Positions 1 to 8,031 of a DNA stretch of 22,880 bases are shown in pieces. Position numbers and translations under genes: made by a program. The first letter of the stretch is position 1. Each line of letters starts with the position of its first letter. The notes beneath the pieces are model-generated. The model searched no databases. It worked only from the letters and a program-made list of their open reading frames with translations, and was not told the origin of the DNA. The stretch comes from Salinispira sp. Its GTDB lineage: Bacteria; Spirochaetota; Spirochaetia; DSM-27196; Salinispiraceae. Location of the stretch: contig CBDDDG010000009.1 of assembly GCA_965226555.1 (NCBI GenBank), positions 1 to 22,880 on the forward strand, read 5' to 3'.

Positions 1-184
1 GAAGGGCATCGAGGTCTTTATTTTTCTGATATTCCTGCTTCAGGCGATCAGTTTCACGAGAAAACTGATCATTGCTCAGTTTCCGCGCCCACATTTCCCG
101 CGCGTTAATTTCATGCAGGCTGGGCAAAAGTTCTTTCAGGTCATTATCGTGCTTTTTTTCACGAAATTTTTTGAGAAGTTTCAT
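1..184 (-). CDS. secA: Preprotein translocase subunit SecA, N-terminal part (runs off the window)
   Basis: Manual translation from ATG at 184: MKLLKKFREKKHDNDLKELLPSLHEINAREMWARKLSNDQFSRETDRLKQEYQKNKDLDAL. This resembles spirochete SecA N-termini. Not in the ORF track because it is truncated. Confidence 0.85.
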   Translation of the reverse strand, partial: MKLLKKFREKKHDNDLKELLPSLHEINAREMWARKLSNDQFSRETDRLKQEYQKNKDLDAL

Positions 185-294
185 GCCGTAAGTCTACTCA
201 TCGGTACCGTATGGGTCAAGGATTTCTGTCCAATTCTTCCTATTCTTGATTTTTTTATTTTGGATGATATAATCAATACTAGTGTTAACATAAT

Positions 295-1500
295 ATGTCG
301 AAATTTCCCGTTTATGCAGCAGTTTGTCTGCTTTTTCTTACTATTTCATGTAACCGCTCAGCCGTTTCAGGTGAAGTTCTTCCAGGAGAATTTCTATTTT
401 CTCTGGATATCGGTGTACTTGAAAATGAAATTGATCTCTTCCACCGCGGAGGAACCCTCCCCGAAGAACGAAACAGCGTTTTCATGTACCGCGGCATTAT
501 CTTCATCGCCAATTCCCTTGGAAATAAGATCATGGAATTTTCATCCTATGGCGATCTCATATCACTCATATACAATGCCGAAGAAAACCCCCGTCCGCTT
601 CTCCTTTCTTCGCGCCCCCGCGAGGGAAACATTGTCAACAAGGCTGCCCATTCATTTCCGTTCAGAAACATTGGAGAAATTTCCGTTAGTTCAGAAAATG
701 TTCTGCTGGCAGCAGATACTGTTGCCCCGGGTCAGGAAGGCTTCGACCTTGAAACAGGCGCGGCATTTCAGCACATTATTCACCGGTTCACATCGGAGGG
801 AGATTATCTTGATTATATTGGCCAGGAAGGGGTGGGCGGTACCCCCTTTTCCTTCATTGTTTCAATGAATGTAACTGCCCGCAATGAGCTTGTTGTTCTT
901 ACCCGCAGCAGTCATTCATACAAGGTATTCTGGTACAACAAGGAAGGCAAGCAGTTGTTTGAAGTTATGCTGGATGAGGCGCACCTGCCCGCTGGTAAGA
1001 CCCCTGCCGATTTTCCGAACATTGCGGAGGTTTTCCCGGACCCTGAAAAATACTGGCTCTATCTTCATATCAATTATGACAACAATGAGTCGGAAGGAGT
1101 TGATTCTCTGGTATATGTGCTTGATCTTTCAACAGAAAAATACAGCAGTAAATTTGGGCTCGATACTAATCGGCAGGCGCTGCCGGGCGATGAGGGTATG
1201 GACTATGTCGATTATCCCTATCAGTTTATCGGAGTTGCTGAGGGGGGGAATCTTTTCTTCATTAGCCGTAACAGCGCCTTTGAACAATCGCTTGCCGTTT
1301 TCGATTTTACCGGTGTTCTGAAAGTACGGCGTATACTGCGGGTGGAGAATCCTGATATATTTTTCAGCGACTATCAGGTATCGCAGGAGGGTATTATTAC
1401 CGCGCTCATGAGTGATCCTGACAGTGCCGATGTTTACTGGTGGCGGACCGACAGGCTACTTGAACCTCTGAGGGCTGCTTCAAGGGGTGGGAATTTATGA
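295..1500 (+). CDS. Spirochete conserved lipoprotein (LIC_12708-like, probable beta-propeller)
   Basis: 401 aa with signal peptide and lipobox LTISC. Motifs IFIANSLGNKIMEFSSYGDL and YIGQEGVGGTPF. Divergent from secA. Confidence 0.7.
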   Translation: MSKFPVYAAVCLLFLTISCNRSAVSGEVLPGEFLFSLDIGVLENEIDLFHRGGTLPEERNSVFMYRGIIFIANSLGNKIMEFSSYGDLISLIYNAEENPRPLLLSSRPREGNIVNKAAHSFPFRNIGEISVSSENVLLAADTVAPGQEGFDLETGAAFQHIIHRFTSEGDYLDYIGQEGVGGTPFSFIVSMNVTARNELVVLTRSSHSYKVFWYNKEGKQLFEVMLDEAHLPAGKTPADFPNIAEVFPDPEKYWLYLHINYDNNESEGVDSLVYVLDLSTEKYSSKFGLDTNRQALPGDEGMDYVDYPYQFIGVAEGGNLFFISRNSAFEQSLAVFDFTGVLKVRRILRVENPDIFFSDYQVSQEGIITALMSDPDSADVYWWRTDRLLEPLRAASRGGNL

Positions 1501-3053
1501 ATTATGCCATAGATACTCATCACATGAGGGACTTTGACGCTCAGGCAACTGAGATCATTCCCGAAATGATCCTCATGGAGAACGCCGGCCGAATTATTGC
1601 CGGACACATTGTACGCGATTTCCGTGCTTCCCACCTGAAAACAATACTTATTCTGGCCGGAACCGGTCATAACGGCGGCGATGCCCTCGTTGCGGCCCGG
1701 CACCTGAACAATAAAGGAATACCAACACGGATTTTTCTGGTCAACAGGAAACTCAAGCCCCTCACACAAACGATGCTCGAAACCCTCGATAGCCATTTGA
1801 GCACCGTTTCTGCGCTTTCGGAAACCGGCCCCGATGAACTCATCGGCTTCCTTAAACACAAACACACACACTGCGCCGTTGTCGATGGCGTACTCGGCTC
1901 AGGAATACGCCGCCCAATTTCAGACAGTACCCTTCTGAGAATTATTGAGCACTGGAACCGGAGCGCTGCATTTCGTTATGCGATAGATGTACCGAGCGGT
2001 ATTTCTGATATTTCTGAATCGGCAGAAACACCCCCTCCCGTATTCTTCCATGCCGACTGCACCCTTGCGATCCAGTTTTCCTGTACGGCGTTCTACGGTA
2101 ACCTGCGGGAATACTGCGGAAAAATCCGGCATCTGGAAATTGGATTTCCCGCGGCGCTCCTGCGCAGGTACACGGAAGCTCAGCAGGAACAGGGACTCAT
2201 CCCCCTGCTTGAAACAGAAGACCTGCCGGAACGTATTCCGCCGATCTCTGCTGATGCTCACAAGGGAAAACGAGGAAAGGTTGAGGTATTTGCCGGGAGC
2301 CGAGGAATGGAGGGATCCGCAGTGCTTGCTGCGCGGGCAACCCTGCACAGCGGCGCGGGCATGGTGCGTATCGACTGTCCAAGTGAATCGATCATTGACG
2401 AAGTTCTGAAACAGGAAGCGGCAATCATGACAGATACGGAAACAAAGCCGGGGTCATGGGGCAACTGCCTGCTCGCGGGGCCGGGCTGGGGAAGGCAGAC
2501 GCAGAAAACAACTGAGGTGATGATGGAACTCATACAGAGTAATCTGCCGCTTGTTGTTGATGCCGATGGTTTTCGGAATCTCAAAGCGCTGTATGATGCG
2601 GGGGGCAGCGCATTCCGAAACAATCTGCGCACGCGCGGCTCGGCGCTCGTACTCACCCCCCACCCGGGAGAGGCTGCCGTTCTCCTTGAAGATGATATAG
2701 CGGAAGTGCTCTGCCGTCCGCTGCGGTCTGTACAGCGTATCGCGGAACGGTACCATGCCCATGTTGTTCTGAAAAACTCCGTAAACCATATGTGCACCCC
2801 CCAAGGCAGGGTCTGCATACACGACAGCCGCCTGCCTGCCCTCGGTACGGCGGGAAGCGGGGATGTTCTCGTTGGAACTATCGCAGGTCTGCTTGCGCGG
2901 GGGGTGGATGCCGACAATGCGGTATCCGCTGCTGTTCTTCTTCATGCGGGCGCGGGGAGACGCTGCTTTCTGAACCGCGGATGGTTTACCGCAAGTCAGC
3001 TCCTTGAAACACTTTCAACATTAGCCGGAGAAATTCAGTATAGGAATAATTGA
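1497..3053 (+). CDS. nnr: Bifunctional NAD(P)H-hydrate epimerase/dehydratase
   Basis: YjeF_N motifs LMENAG, GTGHNGGD, DGVLGSG, IDVPSG. Carbohydrate-kinase-like domain with HKGKRG, GPGWG, VVDADG, LTPHPGE, GTAGSGDVL. ATGA overlap with the upstream gene. Confidence 0.93.
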   Translation: MNYAIDTHHMRDFDAQATEIIPEMILMENAGRIIAGHIVRDFRASHLKTILILAGTGHNGGDALVAARHLNNKGIPTRIFLVNRKLKPLTQTMLETLDSHLSTVSALSETGPDELIGFLKHKHTHCAVVDGVLGSGIRRPISDSTLLRIIEHWNRSAAFRYAIDVPSGISDISESAETPPPVFFHADCTLAIQFSCTAFYGNLREYCGKIRHLEIGFPAALLRRYTEAQQEQGLIPLLETEDLPERIPPISADAHKGKRGKVEVFAGSRGMEGSAVLAARATLHSGAGMVRIDCPSESIIDEVLKQEAAIMTDTETKPGSWGNCLLAGPGWGRQTQKTTEVMMELIQSNLPLVVDADGFRNLKALYDAGGSAFRNNLRTRGSALVLTPHPGEAAVLLEDDIAEVLCRPLRSVQRIAERYHAHVVLKNSVNHMCTPQGRVCIHDSRLPALGTAGSGDVLVGTIAGLLARGVDADNAVSAAVLLHAGAGRRCFLNRGWFTASQLLETLSTLAGEIQYRNN

Positions 3054-3142
3054 AATACCCACCGCTCGCATCAGCCGACTAAAGCACTCCGCCAGCCAGA
3101 TCCCGAGCACGCCATCCCGTCCCGCGCTCCTACATTTACCGG

Positions 3143-3376
3143 TCAATATGGCGTAGGCTGTTTTGCGTGGCCTTCTGTGTCAGTGTCTTTGTACTGCGGC
3201 TGGTTAGCGGCACTACTGTTGATGATGTAGGTAAACAGTATCTGTCGTAATTCCCGCATTTCTTCTGTCAATCGGTCGTAGCGTTTATCTATCCGCCTAT
3301 CCAGATATGCGATACCGCCTAAAACAGAACCAACAATAGAGATCACCGTAAGAACAAACTCAATGCTAATATTCAT
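3143..3376 (-). CDS. Small hypothetical protein (N-terminal TM helix plus short coiled coil)
   Basis: 77 aa with a hydrophobic N-terminus followed by LDRRIDKRYDRLTEEMRELR. TATAAT lies 7 nt before the ATG. Confidence 0.65.
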   Translation of the reverse strand: MNISIEFVLTVISIVGSVLGGIAYLDRRIDKRYDRLTEEMRELRQILFTYIINSSAANQPQYKDTDTEGHAKQPTPY

Positions 3377-3438
3377 AATATCAATTATAACACATGTGTC
3401 GTTATGGTTTCCAGCCTAATGTATAATCGTCAGCCCCG

Positions 3439-4332
3439 CTAAGCCCCCGCATATTCAAAATTGGCAGTTACTATTGCATGATCCGATGTTGCCGTCTTTG
3501 CGTTTTCCATATCGTATTCTATGTTCTCGACCCGCCAGAAACGGGAATGCAGTATGTGGTCGTATCGCCGGTGGGGGCGGGCGCCCCGTGAAACAATGTA
3601 CGATACTGCCAGAGGGTCGCTGTTGTTTTCGTCGGTTCTGTTGTTTTCGTCAGTTTCGCCGTTGTCCGCGGCGCTCATGGTGTTGGCGGCGGTTGCGTTT
3701 TTTGATGTGGTTTTTGCTGGGGGATGCGCTGATGAAAGGGCATCGGCTAGGGCGTCGGTGAGCTGGTGAACATCGGTTTCTCCTAGGAGGAGGCGGGCGC
3801 CCCGTCCCTTATCGCCTCTGTTGAAGAAGATTCGTTGTTTGGGGTTTATGTGGTCAATTTTCGGTTCGTTGGCATCGCAGCAGATGAAGGACATATCTTC
3901 ATTGTCCGCCACAAAATCGGCAATAGCAGCGAAATTGCTCGCCTTTGCCCGTTTGTATCCGACTCCGGTGAGCGAGTGAAAGGCGAGAATTTTTACCGGT
4001 ATTTCATTGTAGAGAAGATGAGCGCACAAAGTTCTCTCGGGAAATACCGCGCGCCATATCAGATGAGCCGAATGCCCGCGCCCGCAGGTAGCAAGAACAG
4101 CAACGCCGAGCTTCCGCTCCCCGCTTTCATACTGCCCGGGCGGGCGGTGAGTCAGGCTCAGGTCTGACCATGTCGGGCGCAGTGCCGTTTTTATGCGCTC
4201 ATAAGCATTTTGCGATACTTCATTCAGGCAGATGATGGCCGGAATATCCCCAATTTTCTCAGTGAGAAGTCCGGAAATTTTCGCTGCCGTACTGCCGGTT
4301 CTGATATTCCACTGTATTATCCGAATTTTCAT
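3439..4332 (-). CDS. Endonuclease/exonuclease/phosphatase (EEP) family protein
   Basis: Motifs QWNI, CLNEV, CCDAN (GDxN variant), RYDHI, SDH. GAGG RBS. Low-complexity insert near the C-terminus. Confidence 0.85.
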   Translation of the reverse strand: MKIRIIQWNIRTGSTAAKISGLLTEKIGDIPAIICLNEVSQNAYERIKTALRPTWSDLSLTHRPPGQYESGERKLGVAVLATCGRGHSAHLIWRAVFPERTLCAHLLYNEIPVKILAFHSLTGVGYKRAKASNFAAIADFVADNEDMSFICCDANEPKIDHINPKQRIFFNRGDKGRGARLLLGETDVHQLTDALADALSSAHPPAKTTSKNATAANTMSAADNGETDENNRTDENNSDPLAVSYIVSRGARPHRRYDHILHSRFWRVENIEYDMENAKTATSDHAIVTANFEYAGA

Positions 4333-4470
4333 AAGTCATCCGCCTCGCCCCAGTGTATACGAATACCTTTCGTTTCACACTGGGGAGGAGGGTCAGCTCA
4401 AGCATTAATTTTCCAGTTTATTTTCCAATTGATGTTTACATTCTTCTGTAATGTCGATAGTATTGTGCTA

Positions 4471-4497
4471 GAAAGTTTTGCAAAATGCAAAAGTTTC
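4471..4497. mobile_element. Minimal 27-bp palindromic element
   Basis: GAAAGTTTTGC-AAAAT-GCAAAAGTTTC, flanked by TGCTA/TACTA (5-bp near-duplication). Confidence 0.7.
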
Positions 4498-4533
4498 TAC
4501 TATACTGTGAATAAAACTTTACGGAGGTAATGT

Positions 4534-5991
4534 ATGCAAATTTTAAGCATTAACCGAAAAAACAGGAAGCCTGTCAGTACCTATGTGCTGAGCGGTTTTC
4601 TTATCATCCTGATATTGCTCGTCGCGGCATGTCCCATGCCGGATGCGCCGCCAGCAATGTTTGCACCAGCCCTTATGGCAGGAGACGGACAACTGACTGC
4701 CTCATGGGCTGAACTGGCCGCTATATGGAATGAGGTAGACAAAAAGGATGGCAAAAACGCAATTACCGCGTACAATCTGCGCTATGGTGAATTTGGTAGT
4801 GGAAACTGGACGGAAATTACCTCCGGTATTACCGGCGCAAGCCATACCATTACCGACCTGACAAACGGCGTCAGTTATGTTGTGCAGGTACGCGCCGTCA
4901 ACGCTGGGGGCGGAGGTACGTGGTCGGCATCTTCCACGGCACGCCCTATTGCGCCACCTGTGCCAACTGCCGCGCCGGGAACAATGGTTGCCCCAACCCT
5001 TTATGCGGGCACTGAGCGGCTCATTGCGACATGGACTGCGCCAACCGATAACGGCGGCAGCCCCATTACCGGGTACGAATTGCAATATCGCACAGGCGGC
5101 GGAGCATGGACGAAAATTAGCTCCGGTATTGCCGGCACAAGCCATACCATTACCGGTCTGACAAACAGCTCCCCCTACCAAGTACAGGTGCGCGCCGTCA
5201 ATGTAGTCGGAGCTGGAACTTGGTCTCCATTTGCAATAGGAAGGCCGCAAAGGACACAGACTCCTGCGGGTACGGCAAGGTTTGTAAGCCTTTCAGATGC
5301 TGTTAACGTTATTATTGCCAGTGAAAACCTCAGCATTTCTTTGACCACGGTAGAGCCTGGCACGTACGCGGTTGATGAATCGGGAAACATTACGATCACC
5401 CCCGCAACGACGCCCGGAACGGTCACCATTCCGACAGTTAATGAAAGTACCGGAATTGTTACGGTTACCGCAGGTACAACGGCAGGAACATATCTGGTAT
5501 ATGGCAAAACCGGAAGTGAAGACATACTCTTTACCGAATATCTCTATGTTACTGAGAGTCCAACAACTAACGCTGAACTGACCACAGCGGTAACTACGGC
5601 GATAGGAGACTACACAGATACCAATGACTCCGGAATCTGGGGTAATACTGCCGATCTCAACTACATTATTACCACGGCAGTAACGAATATGTCTGATATA
5701 TTCGCTGCACAAAGCGAATTCAATGGCGATATCTCCGGTTGGGATGTCAGTTCGGTAACGGATATGAGCAGTATGTTCATTGCCGCAACCTCGTTCAATG
5801 GCGATATCTCACTCTGGGATGTCAGCTCGGTAACGGATATGGGCAGTATGTTCTTTTCCGCAAGCGCATTCAATCAAAATCTTGAGGAGTGGGGGGAGCA
5901 TTGGACGCTTAATGCTAATGGCAAATATACCGGATCCAAAACAAATATGTTTCAGGGTTCCGGCGTGACAGCAACGCCGTCATGGTATTAG
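4534..5991 (+). CDS. Surface lipoprotein with 2 fibronectin type III domains and BspA-like/DUF285 repeats
   Basis: GGAGG RBS and lipobox LVAAC. FN3 motifs (ITAYNLRY...YVVQVRAVN). 25-aa repeats FNGDISGWDVSSVTDMSSMF. Confidence 0.88.
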   Translation: MQILSINRKNRKPVSTYVLSGFLIILILLVAACPMPDAPPAMFAPALMAGDGQLTASWAELAAIWNEVDKKDGKNAITAYNLRYGEFGSGNWTEITSGITGASHTITDLTNGVSYVVQVRAVNAGGGGTWSASSTARPIAPPVPTAAPGTMVAPTLYAGTERLIATWTAPTDNGGSPITGYELQYRTGGGAWTKISSGIAGTSHTITGLTNSSPYQVQVRAVNVVGAGTWSPFAIGRPQRTQTPAGTARFVSLSDAVNVIIASENLSISLTTVEPGTYAVDESGNITITPATTPGTVTIPTVNESTGIVTVTAGTTAGTYLVYGKTGSEDILFTEYLYVTESPTTNAELTTAVTTAIGDYTDTNDSGIWGNTADLNYIITTAVTNMSDIFAAQSEFNGDISGWDVSSVTDMSSMFIAATSFNGDISLWDVSSVTDMGSMFFSASAFNQNLEEWGEHWTLNANGKYTGSKTNMFQGSGVTATPSWY

Positions 5992-6110
5992 TTTCATAAC
6001 CCCCAGCGGCTATTGAAACGCGGCAATTCAACTCAGGCAGGCGCGGGGCTGGTCGGCGCTCCGCGCCTGCTCGCCCGAGCATCCGGCTCGCCATGCGACT
6101 GGATCAGGCT
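5991..6110 (+). repeat. Conserved 3' region downstream of lipoprotein genes, copy 1
   Basis: GTTTCATAAC..GGCTATTGAAAC followed by a GCAGGCGCGG/CCGCGCCTGC hairpin. Homologous to 7612-7715 and 18493-18645. Confidence 0.8.
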
Positions 6111-6114
6111 AATA

Positions 6115-6240
6115 GAAACTTTTGCATTGGAAAATTGTGCTTGCACAATTTCCAGTAGCAAAAGTTTCAAATTTGGAATGCTTTCTTTGTGCTTAGCATT
6201 CTCCTATTTTATAGAAAGTTTTGCATGTTGCAAAACTTTG
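6115..6240 (-). mobile_element. 126-bp three-hairpin palindromic element (MITE-like), reverse orientation
   Basis: Near-exact reverse complement of 21575-21700. Perfect 5-bp direct repeat TAATA at 6110-6114 and 6241-6245. Confidence 0.88.
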
Positions 6241-6693
6241 TAATATCTCAAAATAATAAAACTTTTTGAAAAACTTTCTCATTTTGTCATTCACCGTTCA
6301 TATTTACCCCGTCTATATAGTATGAGAAAAGATTATATCGGTATGGTACATGACAAAAGCTGGAAATATGTTTTCGGGAATGCTCAGATATTCTGGAACT
6401 TCATATATTCATACTTCAACAAAGACCTCGCGCGGAGCATTGTTCCCGGGAGCATGGAGAGCATCAACACAGAGTTTATTCACAAAGGTGAACGCAAACG
6501 TTCCCTCTCCGATGTCATTTATAAAACCACGTGCACTTTTAACGATAAAATGGGGGAACTGAAACCAATAGATGTGTATTTTATCATTGAGTTTCAGTCG
6601 ACAGTGGATAACACCATGCCAGGGAGAATATACACATACGCCCAGCGCTTATCCGAACGCATTTCCTCATCGGGGAAGAAGAAAACCGATAAT

Positions 6694-6789
6694 AAAGTTT
6701 TGCCTCAGGCAAAACTTTCTATACCTTGAGAGAATCAAGAGTATAGATGAGAGAATCCTTATTTGAAAATTTTGCAGAGCAAAATTTTC
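6694..6789 (+). mobile_element. 96-bp multi-hairpin element inside Rpn gene 1 (insertion A)
   Basis: AAAGTTTTGCC-TCA-GGCAAAACTTT ... TGAAAATTTTGC-AGA-GCAAAATTTTC. Two in-frame TGA codons. Confidence 0.85.
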
Positions 6790-6990
6790 AGTTACCGGAT
6801 AATCACCCTTGTCATATACACCTGCTCCGGAGCGCCAATGACAAATTCTGACCCCCGCAAAATAGATTTTTCATCATATCTTTACTTAGGCATTTGTATA
6901 TCCCCCTATTTTCAGATCAACGTTGAGAATTTCAGCAACAAGGAACTGATCTCCGCAGGCGGAGTCATTTCTGCAATAATGTACATCACC

Positions 6991-7086
6991 AAAGTTTTGC
7001 CTGTGGCAAAACTTTCTATATCTTGAGAGAATCAAAAATATAGATAAGAGAATCCTTATTGAAAAATTGTGCAGAGCACAATTTTC
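6991..7086 (+). mobile_element. 96-bp multi-hairpin element inside Rpn gene 1 (insertion B)
   Basis: Homologous to 6694-6789 with compensatory stem changes. In-frame TGA, TAA, TGA. Confidence 0.85.
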
Positions 7087-7275
7087 TGTGAAAATCTTGG
7101 AACAATAGAAGAATACACAGAAGAAACAATCGTCATCCTCAACAATATGATACAGAATAAGATGTCCGAAGATAAAGATGTATTATATGAATGGATAATA
7201 AAGAGGTTTGATGGTAAGATAAACAGGGATGAAACAAAAAAACTATTTCAGGAAAATCCTGAGGAGGTAAAACGT

Positions 7276-7488
7276 ATGTTGGTAGATCTTTTAGATAAGC
7301 CATGGCGGGCAGGACTTGAGCAGGGACTTGAGCAAGGGCAAGCTCAGCTCCGGCGTGAAATTGCTCGGACCCAGCGTAAGCAGGTATTCAAAATGCTCAG
7401 GGATGGTCTGCCAATAGACCGTATTCATGAGTACACCGAGCTCAGCGGGGATGAAATTCGGGCATTTCAGAAAAACGGTCAGGAATAA
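7276..7488 (+). CDS. Putative internally initiated small Rpn C-terminal protein (RpnS-like)
   Basis: GAGGAGGT at 7261-7268, then in-frame ATG at 7276: MLVDLLDKPWRAGLEQGLEQG...IHEYTELSGDEI. Confidence 0.65.
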   Translation: MLVDLLDKPWRAGLEQGLEQGQAQLRREIARTQRKQVFKMLRDGLPIDRIHEYTELSGDEIRAFQKNGQE

Positions 7489-7612
7489 CAGCGCTGGCAC
7501 ATATACCGGAAGCACAATACATATGTTCGTGGATTTCGGCGTGGTGACGAATACGGACGGGTCGGATACGAGTAAGCCTACGGGTGTGGGTGTTCCATCA
7601 TGGTATGAGTAA
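7484..7612 (+). pseudogene. Orphan 3' tail of a third FN3/DUF285 lipoprotein paralog
   Basis: Translates NNSAGTYTGSTIHMFVDFGV...GVPSWYE*, matching tails GKYTGSKTNMFQGSGV..PSWY and KYTGTTQDMFYGSGV..VPSWYE. Followed by the same 3' region. Confidence 0.78.
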
Positions 7613-7655
7613 TTTCATAGCCCGCAGCGGCTATTGAAACATTGCAATGCAACTC

Positions 7656-7692
7656 AGGCAGGCGCGGATTTTCCCCCGTGCCTGCCTTTTTT
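7656..7692 (+). terminator. Rho-independent terminator in conserved 3' region, copy 2
   Basis: AGGCAGGCGCGG...CCGTGCCTGCCT stem followed by a T-run. Confidence 0.7.
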
Positions 7693-7780
7693 CGATCAAG
7701 TGGCGGCTGGTCGCATATTAATTTCCAAATAATTATAAAATCTCTTGCATAATTATATGTGAGCAGGATATTATACAACC

Positions 7781-7884
7781 GTCAACATACCAAATACCGC
7801 ACATGTCGCAGTCTCATGGAGATTGCGCCTGCCTATCTGTGCGGTCGGTATGTTGACACTGCGGCTTGTTTGATATGCAGGCGC
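7781..7884 (+). ncRNA. Candidate structured non-coding RNA
   Basis: Long nested hairpin 7781-7857 with a competing pairing between 7825-7837 and 7872-7884. Promoter-like TTGCAT-N18-TATTAT just upstream. Confidence 0.35.
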
Positions 7885-8031
7885 TTATAATTCGACTTCG
7901 TGCATTCAATTCATTAAAAATTATGGAAGTATCCGTTCAATTATCCGCGCAATGCCTATCTGCTCAGCGTGTCCGCCCGCTGGCGCATTTGCTCAATAAG
8001 CTTATTCGCTCAGCGCGGACATGCCCATTTG

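Larger units (their letters stand above)
6322..7488 (+). pseudogene. Rpn/YhgA-family (PD-(D/E)XK) nuclease gene split by two 96-bp hairpin insertions; pseudogene or conditionally expressed
   Basis: HDKSWKYVF, LSDVIYK, YFIIEFQS..D..MP.R motifs and C-terminal GLEQGLEQG repeats. ORFs 6322-6729, 6763-7026 and 7069-7488 share one frame, and all internal stops lie inside the insertions. Confidence 0.82.

Noticed and set aside
113..868. Long alternative-frame or antisense ORFs (e.g. 113-868, 2258-2917, 13707-14384, 11242-11796)
   Set aside because: They shadow well-supported genes and show no recognisable motifs.
6013..6243. ORFs 6013-6243, 19787-20026, 21539-21778, 18530-18715 and 20271-20465 as genes
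   Set aside because: They are translations of the palindromic elements and lack an RBS.
6724..6759. T4 gene 60-like ribosomal hop (CCT before TGA, matching in-frame CCT 33 nt later)
   Set aside because: It works only for insertion A. Insertion B has TCT before the stop and another TGA after the CCT, so the signal is not conserved.
6727..7062. TGA recoding (genetic code 4/25 or selenocysteine) explaining the split Rpn gene
   Set aside because: Insertion B also has an in-frame TAA, and normal genes here (nnr, clpP) end in TGA.
7484..7612. DGR template repeat for the lipoprotein C-termini
   Set aside because: No reverse transcriptase is in the window, and differences include indels and non-adenine positions.
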